This document shows, piece by piece, positions 1-7,161 of a stretch of DNA of 31,966 nucleotides. Origin of the DNA: Gemmatimonadota bacterium (GTDB lineage: Bacteria; Latescibacterota; UBA2968; UBA8231). A program made the position numbers and the translations under genes. The notes below the pieces were generated by a model. The model was not told the origin of the DNA, ran no database searches, and saw nothing but the letters and a program-made list of their open reading frames with translations. Positions within the stretch are counted from its first letter, which is position 1; every line of letters starts with the position of its first letter. The stretch is taken from positions 1-31,966 of the forward strand of contig JAYPJE010000047.1 of NCBI GenBank assembly GCA_038128265.1, written 5' to 3'.

Positions 1-1170
1 TCGGACAGCTTTACAGCGGATACGGAGGCCACCATCACGGTGACGCGCGTGTCCCTTGGGCCGACCTCTACGGATCGCGACGTTTTCGAGAGCGGTGCGC
101 TGGGCTTGAGCGTTACGGTGAACCCGCCGGCTCCGCCAGTTATCGAACCGTCTCTGACGGCCACTTCTGATACAGATGCGAGCTTGGACTATTCGGAGGT
201 GGGCTCGGGTGACGTCGATGACAACAGTGATGGCGAAATTGTTTTTGGGGTCAACTTCGTCGATGGTACGGGTGCTGCTGGTGCTGACCAGACGATCACT
301 TGGGACATTATGAACAATGGTTCCGAGTCGGTCTTCCTGATCACTGCCGAAGGTGCCATTGAAGTCGGCGCAGGTGAAAGTCTGACGGTTGAGAGTGCTA
401 CGGATGCCGACGGTGATGCGGTCGCTCTGTTTGATGCAGAGGGCGATCGCGGAGCTGGTACGACCAGCTTGAGCGTCATGGTCAGCACTTCTTCAACTAA
501 TTCAGACGGCGTTGCCCGCGATCTGTCCGCTGATTTCAGCGCGACGTGGGATGTGCCGGTTGCCGCTGAATTGGCCAGCTTTACCTCGCAGGTTACGGTC
601 GATGACGACATTCTGCTGCAGTGGGGCGTTGCCTCTCAGTCCAATAACTTGGGCTGGGAAGTGTTCCGCAGCACGGATAGCCGCGTCTTCACCAAGGTCA
701 GCGACTTAGTGCTGGGTGATGGCAATAGCGATGAGTACAAGTCCTATAGCTTCGTGGACAGCAACTTGCCGCAGACCGATGTGCTCTATTACTATCTGAA
801 CCAGATTGATCTGGATGGAACGACCTCTCGTTCGCAGGTTATCGAGGTATTGCTCTCGCCGACGGCTGTCGCTGAGTTGGCACTGCCGACGGTGAGTGCG
901 CTGCGTCAGAACTTTCCGAATCCGTTCAATCCCGAGACCATGATCAGCTTTGATCTGAGCGGTGATCAGGTTGTCAGCTTGGCGATTTACGATATGACCG
1001 GCCAGGTCATTCGCACGCTGGTTGACGCACAGCCGATGACTGCTGGGAACTACAAGCAGCTGTGGGATGGTCGCAACGATAGCGGAGCCAAGGTTGGTAG
1101 CGGAGTCTACTTCTACCAGCTGCGTGCTGGCGACTTTGTCGCTAAGAAGAAGATGACGTTGCTCCAGTAG
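1..1170 (+). CDS. Secreted acidic surface protein with C-terminal FlgD-Ig / T9SS type A sorting-like domain (5' truncated by window edge)
   Basis: Frame 1 is open from base 1 (SDSFTADTEATITVTRV...) to TAG at 1168-1170. The body is D/S/T/G-rich. It carries a PVAAELASF...SNNLGWEVFRS...YYYLNQIDLDG pre-CTD domain, then QNFPNPFNP...IYDMTGQVIRTL...WDGRNDSG..VGSGVYFYQL...KKMTLLQ. Confidence 0.85.
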   Translation, partial: SDSFTADTEATITVTRVSLGPTSTDRDVFESGALGLSVTVNPPAPPVIEPSLTATSDTDASLDYSEVGSGDVDDNSDGEIVFGVNFVDGTGAAGADQTITWDIMNNGSESVFLITAEGAIEVGAGESLTVESATDADGDAVALFDAEGDRGAGTTSLSVMVSTSSTNSDGVARDLSADFSATWDVPVAAELASFTSQVTVDDDILLQWGVASQSNNLGWEVFRSTDSRVFTKVSDLVLGDGNSDEYKSYSFVDSNLPQTDVLYYYLNQIDLDGTTSRSQVIEVLLSPTAVAELALPTVSALRQNFPNPFNPETMISFDLSGDQVVSLAIYDMTGQVIRTLVDAQPMTAGNYKQLWDGRNDSGAKVGSGVYFYQLRAGDFVAKKKMTLLQ

Positions 1171-1194
1171 TATCTGAGAAAGAAGCTGTTGTTC

Positions 1195-1229
1195 GCCGCT
1201 GGATTCTTCGGAATCCAGCGGCTTTTTTT
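1195..1229 (+). terminator. Rho-independent terminator
   Basis: Perfect 12-bp stem GCCGCTGGATTC / GAATCCAGCGGC with a TTCG loop, followed by T7. Confidence 0.95.
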
Positions 1230-1264
1230 ATGTGCGTTTTGAATTCTGGTAGATCGACCGTCGC

Positions 1265-1293
1265 TTGTTGCCGCCTTGCCAGCCAATTATATT
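1265..1293 (+). promoter_or_regulatory. Putative sigma70-type promoter for moaD-moaE-phosphatase
   Basis: TTGTTG-N17-TATATT, located between the terminator and the moaD SD. Confidence 0.5.
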
Positions 1294-1320
1294 CGTGGAA
1301 AAGTTAAGGAGCCTGAAGAG

Positions 1321-1566
1321 TTGAAAGTAAAACTGCTTTTCTTCGCGTCTTGTCGCGATATAGTAGGCGAAAAAGAAATGGATTTTGAGGTTGCATCGAA
1401 TGCGACAGTGGGCACGCTCAAGCAGACATTGAGGGATCGCTATCCTCGCCTAAGCGCAATAGAGAGCACCTTGTCCCTAGCGGTGAACGCAGAGTACGCA
1501 AACGATGCTGCTGTATTAAAAAATGGGGACGAGGTTGCCTTTATTCCCCCGGTGAGTGGGGGGTAA
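1321..1566 (+). CDS. moaD: Molybdopterin synthase sulfur carrier subunit
   Basis: MKVKLLFFA...AVNAEY...GDEVAFIPPVSGG with C-terminal GG. TTG start at 1321 with AGGAG 9 nt upstream; the ORF-track start at 1276 is probably too long. Confidence 0.93.
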   Translation: MKVKLLFFASCRDIVGEKEMDFEVASNATVGTLKQTLRDRYPRLSAIESTLSLAVNAEYANDAAVLKNGDEVAFIPPVSGG

Positions 1567-1569
1567 ATC

Positions 1570-1992
1570 GTGTTTAAAATAACGCAAGATGAAATTCGTG
1601 TAGACGATCTCCACCGAGAAGTACTGCGAGATGTCCACGGTGCTGTGGTCACCTTTGCCGGTGTGGTGCGCGATCATTCAGGCGACAAGAAAACGCAGTA
1701 TCTGGAATACGAGGCCTATACCGAGATGGCCGAAAAGAAAATGGCGCAAATTGGTAGCGAAGTCAGCGATAAATGGGGCATTGAGCACATCGCTATTTTG
1801 CACCGGACGGGGCGCCTTGAGATTGGCGAGATCAGCGTGCTGATTGCCGTTGCCAGCGGTCATCGGCTCGAGGCAATCAACGCCTGTCACTACGCCATTG
1901 ATCGCCTTAAAGAGATCGTTCCCATTTGGAAAAAGGAAGTGGGAGAAGATGGCGCATACTGGGTCGAAGGACCCGTAGCAGCAGATCAATAA
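1570..1992 (+). CDS. moaE: Molybdopterin synthase catalytic subunit
   Basis: GAVVTFAGVVRD, LEYEAY, HRTGRL, ASGHR and LKEIVPIWKKE motifs; 3 nt after moaD. Confidence 0.95.
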   Translation: MFKITQDEIRVDDLHREVLRDVHGAVVTFAGVVRDHSGDKKTQYLEYEAYTEMAEKKMAQIGSEVSDKWGIEHIAILHRTGRLEIGEISVLIAVASGHRLEAINACHYAIDRLKEIVPIWKKEVGEDGAYWVEGPVAADQ

Positions 1993-1999
1993 GAGCGAT

Positions 2000-2473
2000 A
2001 TGATACTCAATTTTAGCTGGCTGCTGCCCGATGAAATCGCCGGATCGGGACAAATCGGTGGGTGGGGTGACTATAGCGGAGAAGTGCTGGCCGAGGATCT
2101 GCGCAGCCTTAGGGAATGTGGAATCGGCGCCCTCGTATCGCTGACGGAAGAGTCCTTGGATGCAATGGCTGTCGAACGGCACGAGTTACGCTATCTACAC
2201 CTGCCCATTCGCGACATGGCGCCTCCTTCTCTGCCGGAAGTGGATGCTTTCCTATCCTTTGCCACTGGCTGGATCGATCAGGAGGTTCCGGTTCTGGTCC
2301 ATTGTAGTGCGGGATTGGGGCGTACGGGAACGATGTTGGGCTGCTTTTTAGTGCACAGGGGGTACGAGCCGTTGAAGGCCATCACAACGGTGCGGGGTGC
2401 GCGCCCAGGTTCTATAGAGACGCAGGCGCAGGAAATGACCGTTTTTGAATATGCAGCCCATTTTAGTGGATAG
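2000..2473 (+). CDS. Dual-specificity / PTP-family (Cdc14-like) protein phosphatase
   Basis: Catalytic loop VHCSAGLGRTG (HCX5R), upstream acid loop PIRDMAPP and C-terminal RPGSIET..Q. Confidence 0.88.
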   Translation: MILNFSWLLPDEIAGSGQIGGWGDYSGEVLAEDLRSLRECGIGALVSLTEESLDAMAVERHELRYLHLPIRDMAPPSLPEVDAFLSFATGWIDQEVPVLVHCSAGLGRTGTMLGCFLVHRGYEPLKAITTVRGARPGSIETQAQEMTVFEYAAHFSG

Positions 2474-2480
2474 AGATTGG

Positions 2481-2509
2481 TTGACAGAGGCCTATTGGCA
2501 TTCTACATT
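2481..2509 (+). promoter_or_regulatory. Sigma70-type promoter for the small zinc-ribbon gene
   Basis: TTGACA-N17-TACATT. Confidence 0.75.
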
Positions 2510-2599
2510 CTTGATCAGAAGGCACAATTGTAAGTCTCGCTGGTACTTGCGTGGACCCATCCACATAACCTGAACCATTTAAAGGGAGGGGAGGAAAGG

Positions 2600-2794
2600 A
2601 TGGATATAAGCAACTTTCCGTCATGCCTGAAGTGTTCAGAAGGGGTTTTGGTCCCCTTGTCGGACTATGGAAGGGATGGTGCGGCCATACACTACAAAGC
2701 GTGGGCATGCACCAATCCAGAGTGTGGTTACCACTTGAGAATCGACAACGGAGAGCTGAGTATCGGCAAAGAGCTTAAAGAGTCGTATAAGTAG
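2600..2794 (+). CDS. Small putative zinc-ribbon protein (64 aa), function unknown
   Basis: CLKC and CTNPEC cysteine pairs, strong purine-rich SD (GGGAGGGGAGGAAAGG), own promoter upstream and a hairpin downstream. Confidence 0.8.
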   Translation: MDISNFPSCLKCSEGVLVPLSDYGRDGAAIHYKAWACTNPECGYHLRIDNGELSIGKELKESYK

Positions 2795-2873
2795 CTTGGT
2801 TTTTTCGAACAAGGCAGTGGGATAGGCAGCATCAGCGATTCCGCGTGCCTTAGGGCGACATACTGCGTTGTAT

Positions 2874-2897
2874 AAGAGGCTCCTTCGGGAGCCTCTT
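2874..2897 (+). terminator. Stable hairpin, probable terminator
   Basis: AAGAGGCTCC-TTCG-GGAGCCTCTT: perfect 10-bp stem with a C(UUCG)G loop; the U tail is weak. Confidence 0.65.
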
Positions 2898-2923
2898 CGT
2901 ATCTATAAGGTGGTCTAACAGGG

Positions 2924-3853
2924 ATGAAGATCGGTGATTGGGGCATAAAATTAGGTGCCGTTTTGTTGGCATGCTTTTTATGGTTCCATGCCGTTACAGA
3001 GCACTCCTATACAGAGGAAGCTTCCATCCGTCTCATCGTCGAAGACCCGCCGCTTGTAGAAAATGTTCTGCAGCAGTCGCTGATCGCCAACGAGGTGCCC
3101 GACCGAGTGCGTGTGCTCGTTTCTGGTCGCGGCAAGGATTTGCTGCAGCGGCAAGAAGATGACTTTGTGCTGCGTCTGCGCACGGAAGGTGAGATCGCCT
3201 CCCGTCGCACATACAGACTGCAGCTGGCGCAGATCGAACAGCGGTCGTCCGATACCGGCATACAGGTAGAAGAGATTTTGGCGCCCACGGAATTGGAAAT
3301 CGAGTTTGATCGGCGCGTTGAGAGGGACCTGCCCGTGCACGCTGCCGTCGATTTGCGCATCGCTCCGGCCCACGTGCTGGTTGGATCGCTCTCTGTCGAT
3401 CCGCCCGCCGTGCGCGTAGTGGGGCCGAAAAGCGTGCTCGATACGCTGCTCTTTGTCCAAACCGATACGCTCTACCTCGACGATGTGAGAGAAGATGTCG
3501 ACCACGTTGTCGGGCTGGTTAGGGCGGGCGGTGGGCGCCTTTCTATGGGACAAGAAAGCGTGCGCGTGCAGGCCGATATACAGATCCTCGCCGAGAATGA
3601 TATTGCGAACGTGCCGGTTGAAATTGTAAATGCCGGTGGCCGTGTCCTGCGGGCAGATCCCGAGCGCGTAACGGTAAAAGTGCGCGGCGGCGTCGACGTT
3701 GTTTCGAGCATTGACCCACAGCGAGATATAAACGTGTACATTGATTTTAACGCATTCCAAAACGGCTATTTTGCACTGCAAAAAAACGATGCCGAAGCCC
3801 ACTTTGAAATTCTCGAAATTATTCCCGCCCAGGTAAACGTAGTATCCCGCTAG
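2924..3853 (+). CDS. YbbR/CdaR-like domain membrane-anchored protein
   Basis: N-terminal anchor KLGAVLLACFLWFHA and three YbbR-like repeats (PDRVRVLVSG, PPAVRVVGP, PERVTVKVRG). Confidence 0.8.
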   Translation: MKIGDWGIKLGAVLLACFLWFHAVTEHSYTEEASIRLIVEDPPLVENVLQQSLIANEVPDRVRVLVSGRGKDLLQRQEDDFVLRLRTEGEIASRRTYRLQLAQIEQRSSDTGIQVEEILAPTELEIEFDRRVERDLPVHAAVDLRIAPAHVLVGSLSVDPPAVRVVGPKSVLDTLLFVQTDTLYLDDVREDVDHVVGLVRAGGGRLSMGQESVRVQADIQILAENDIANVPVEIVNAGGRVLRADPERVTVKVRGGVDVVSSIDPQRDINVYIDFNAFQNGYFALQKNDAEAHFEILEIIPAQVNVVSR

Positions 3854-3859
3854 GAGCAT

Positions 3860-4873
3860 ATGTTAGTTCTCAGCATTGAATCTTCGTGTGATGAAACATC
3901 AGCGGCCGTCGTAGACGATCGCTTCGCCGTGAAATCCAATATCGTATTTTCACAGCAGGACCATGCGCCCTACGGCGGCGTCGTCCCCGAACTGGCCTCG
4001 CGCGCGCATATGCGGACGATGGTAGCTACCGTTCGCCAAGCCTTAAGTCAGTCCGAAACCGACTGGACAGACCTCGATGGCATCGCCGTTACGCGCGGTC
4101 CTGGTCTGGTCGGCTCGCTCATTGTTGGCGTCTCCGTCGCCAAGGGAATTGCTCTTGCGTGCGGCAAACCTCTCGTCGGCGTGCACCACTTGGAGGGCCA
4201 TATATTTTCCAACCTCATAGAGCACGATATCGAGCCGCCCTTTTTGACGCTCTTAGTATCCGGCGGTCATACGGAGCTGATCCTCGTAAAGGAGCTTGGC
4301 GTTTACGAGTTGGTTGGGCGCACGCGCGACGATGCAGCTGGCGAAGCGTTTGATAAAGTGGCTAAGCTGCTGGGCTTATTGCCTAAAGAAGGTTCTATTG
4401 CCGGTGGGCGCATCGTCTCCGACTTGGCAAAGGGAGGCGATCCGCAGGCCATCCATTTTCCGCGTGCATTAGAGGGCGAATCCGACTTTAGCTTTAGCGG
4501 TTTGAAGACCGCTGTTCTCAACCACGTGCGCAAGCTGAGCGATGAGGAGCGGGAGGCGTCGATGGCCGATATTGCCGCCAGCTTTCAGGCGGCGGTGGTC
4601 GATGCTCTGATTGGCAAAACCATTGCAGTAATCGAGCGCGGTGCCATCGACATCAATGCTGTCTGCTTGGCTGGAGGTGTTGCCGCCAATCAGTCTTTGC
4701 GCGAAGGGCTCCGAGCCCGCGTGGAAAACCTAAATCTGCCGTTTCACTGCCCTTCTATACAATACTGCACAGACAACGCCGCGATGATTGGCGCAGTTGG
4801 AGTACATCGGCTGGGACGCGGCGAAGTGGATGACTTCGCGCTGGATGCCGTTCCGCGAATGAGTTTGTGTTGA
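3860..4873 (+). CDS. tsaD: tRNA N6-threonylcarbamoyladenosine biosynthesis protein TsaD
   Basis: IESSCDETS, GGVVPELASRAH, HHLEGH, LVSGGHT, DDAAGEAFDK, FSFSGLKT and CTDNAAMI motifs. Confidence 0.97.
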   Translation: MLVLSIESSCDETSAAVVDDRFAVKSNIVFSQQDHAPYGGVVPELASRAHMRTMVATVRQALSQSETDWTDLDGIAVTRGPGLVGSLIVGVSVAKGIALACGKPLVGVHHLEGHIFSNLIEHDIEPPFLTLLVSGGHTELILVKELGVYELVGRTRDDAAGEAFDKVAKLLGLLPKEGSIAGGRIVSDLAKGGDPQAIHFPRALEGESDFSFSGLKTAVLNHVRKLSDEEREASMADIAASFQAAVVDALIGKTIAVIERGAIDINAVCLAGGVAANQSLREGLRARVENLNLPFHCPSIQYCTDNAAMIGAVGVHRLGRGEVDDFALDAVPRMSLC

Positions 4874-7014
4874 GCGAAACGCATTCTGCGCTCGATCCCA
4901 GCCTCTACTTTGCCGGTAGCGGCTTCTTTCTCCTGGTCCTTCCCCCGCTCGTTTTCTTTGTCTACCGCACCTATAGACGCACGCATCCAGAAGTTAGCGG
5001 CGCGTGGTTTTGGTCGTTGGTCGCGCTGCGCAGTGTCGCCTTCGCGCTGCTGATTGCCCTATTGGCAGAGCCCATCGTTGAGTTCTGGAACAAGCGCGTT
5101 GAAAATCCGCGCCTGCTCGTACTGGTCGATTCCAGTCATAGCATGGGCGTTTTGGATGGCGATAGCACGCGTTTTGCAAAGGTGCAGGCCTTTCTCAAAG
5201 GGAGCGCTTGGTTAGAGAGCACGGAACAAGTCGATCTGCAGTCCTGGGCCTTTGCGCATAGCGCGTACCAGATCGATATCGACGCAATCGATGATGTAGG
5301 GCCGGGCGGGCTCTCGACCGATATCGGCGGCGCCATCGAGGACGTATCCCAGCAGATAGGAGGGTTGGGCAGCGTGCAGGCAATGCTGCTGCTCAGCGAC
5401 GGAGCGCACAACCTCGGGCTCGACCCAACCAAAATTATTGAGGAGCAACAGGTTCCCATTTACTCCCTGGTTGTGGGCGGCGACGAACCGCCAGCAGATG
5501 TGCACATTGTGGATGCACACGTGGTCGGCAATGGCTATGTGGGAAAGGCGCTGACCATCAGGGCGGAACTGAGCAATCAGGGATACGCAAGCGCCCGCGC
5601 GACGATGTATCTATACGACGGCCCGCGGGAGCTGGAGCGCCGGGAAATTGATCTGCAGCGCGGGGCGCAGACCGTGCAGTTTTCTGCCGTACCGCAAACC
5701 CCCGGCCCTCATATCTACCGGCTGCGCGTTGACTCGCTCCCCGGTGAATTGACGCGGGATAACAACGAAGCGCTGGTATTTACCCGCGTTTTAGAAGAGC
5801 GCGTGCGCGTGGCCATCGTCGCCAACCGACCAAGCAGCGAGCTGGGATTTTTGCAGCGCAATTTGGCGGCCGATTCCACGCTCAGCGTAGCGGTCGTCAC
5901 CCGCAAAGACGACGAGGCAACCTACTCGGGGACGTGGGATTATACGGCAATAGAGCGGGCCGACGTGCTGCTGCTGCTGGGATACGATGACGCCATGTGG
6001 CAGGGGGCTGCTAGTGATGTCCTACGCGAGCGCGTGCGCGACGGCATGGGGCTGCTGCTGGTTGGTGAGCCGGCAATGGGTGATCGCTGGTCTCGGGCCT
6101 TTGCCCTCGATGCGCTGTTACCAGTCACCCTGCAGGCGGGGCCCTTTGCCGAGCGCGAAACTAGCTTGCGCATAGGCATGCGCGGGGCCAATCATCCGAC
6201 TGTGCGATTGGCCGTTGAGCGGGAAATCGATCCGTGGACGCAGCTGCCTCCGCTGACGGGTTTTTTCCCCGTTGAAGGGCTGCGACAGGGGGCGCTGGCG
6301 CTGGTCGAGAGCAGTGAGGGGAAGCCCATTATTGCGGCGGGCGTCTACGGCAGAGGCAAGACGCTCGCCGCTGTATCGCACTCCTTTTGGCGTTTAGATC
6401 TGCTGAGCAGCGGTGTCGCAGGCAACCCGCAGACCATTCGCCAGTTTTGGCGCCAGGCCGTGCGCTGGCTAGCCACGCGCAGTCCCGTTGGACGCGTGCG
6501 TGCATCGACCGAGCGCTACGTCTACCGCGCGGGGTTTCCCGTCCTATTTACTTGTCAGGTATTTGACGAACTGCTGCAGCCGCAGGAGGGCTGTGCGGTC
6601 AATATTGCGTTGGGCAGCGGTGAGGGCGTAGCGATGCAGGATCAGGGAGGCGGCTTTTACGGGGGTGAGTTGAGCGGACTGTCTGCCGGAGAATACAGCT
6701 ATATCGTAGAGGCCGTGTGCGAAGGAGCATCGGTCGGCAGCGATCGTGGCGACTTTGTCGTGGATAAATACAGCGTGGAGTGGACTGACGTGCGCGCCAA
6801 TCGGGCACTGTTAGAACAGCTCGCCCGCGCTAGCGGCGGTCGGGCGCTGGGTCTTAAAGACGGGGTGGAGCTGCTGCGCACTTGGCCGTTAAAACAAACG
6901 CTCGTGGAGGAGAAGCGGGCCGTGCATTTCTGGGGTGGTTTAGCGCCGCTGGTACTCGTTGCTCTCGCCTTGGCCGCCGAGTGGATTCTGCGCAAGCGTT
7001 TGGGTATGCTGTAG
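4870..7014 (+). CDS. Membrane protein with vWA domain, Ig-like (CARDB-like) domain and GATase-like domain
   Basis: Two N-terminal TM segments, MIDAS-type LVDSSHSM / TDIG / LLSDG, and C-terminal TM ending LAAEWILRKRLG. Start is TTG 4870 overlapping the tsaD stop (TTGA) or GTG 4867. Confidence 0.8.
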   Translation: MSETHSALDPSLYFAGSGFFLLVLPPLVFFVYRTYRRTHPEVSGAWFWSLVALRSVAFALLIALLAEPIVEFWNKRVENPRLLVLVDSSHSMGVLDGDSTRFAKVQAFLKGSAWLESTEQVDLQSWAFAHSAYQIDIDAIDDVGPGGLSTDIGGAIEDVSQQIGGLGSVQAMLLLSDGAHNLGLDPTKIIEEQQVPIYSLVVGGDEPPADVHIVDAHVVGNGYVGKALTIRAELSNQGYASARATMYLYDGPRELERREIDLQRGAQTVQFSAVPQTPGPHIYRLRVDSLPGELTRDNNEALVFTRVLEERVRVAIVANRPSSELGFLQRNLAADSTLSVAVVTRKDDEATYSGTWDYTAIERADVLLLLGYDDAMWQGAASDVLRERVRDGMGLLLVGEPAMGDRWSRAFALDALLPVTLQAGPFAERETSLRIGMRGANHPTVRLAVEREIDPWTQLPPLTGFFPVEGLRQGALALVESSEGKPIIAAGVYGRGKTLAAVSHSFWRLDLLSSGVAGNPQTIRQFWRQAVRWLATRSPVGRVRASTERYVYRAGFPVLFTCQVFDELLQPQEGCAVNIALGSGEGVAMQDQGGGFYGGELSGLSAGEYSYIVEAVCEGASVGSDRGDFVVDKYSVEWTDVRANRALLEQLARASGGRALGLKDGVELLRTWPLKQTLVEEKRAVHFWGGLAPLVLVALALAAEWILRKRLGML

Positions 7015-7161
7015 GCGGTGTAGGCCTCGAGTAACCGCGTGCAAAAAGCGCTAATATTGCTTACTATATATGGGTAACTCTCCTATCTTGCTTCTCATAG
7101 TACAACCCCACATCTCTCGAGTGAACTCCCCGTTCTTACGCTAGCGTGGAGCGAGCGGCAC

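Noticed and set aside
1230..1320. Moco riboswitch upstream of moaD
   Set aside because: The region is short, largely taken up by a promoter candidate, and shows no multi-stem structure.
2000..2473. Phosphatase as the YwlE-type arginine phosphatase partner of McsB
   Set aside because: YwlE is an LMW-PTP with an N-terminal CX5R; this protein has a DSP/PTP-type internal HCX5R and lies 13 kb away.
2978..3859. 293-aa antisense ORF over the YbbR-like gene
   Set aside because: Shadow frame of a real gene; no motifs and no evident SD.
7015..7161. AT-rich intergenic region before ftsK as an ncRNA or defined promoter
   Set aside because: It probably contains a promoter (TTACTA-N17-TATCTT is a weak candidate), but there is no convincing consensus or stable structure.
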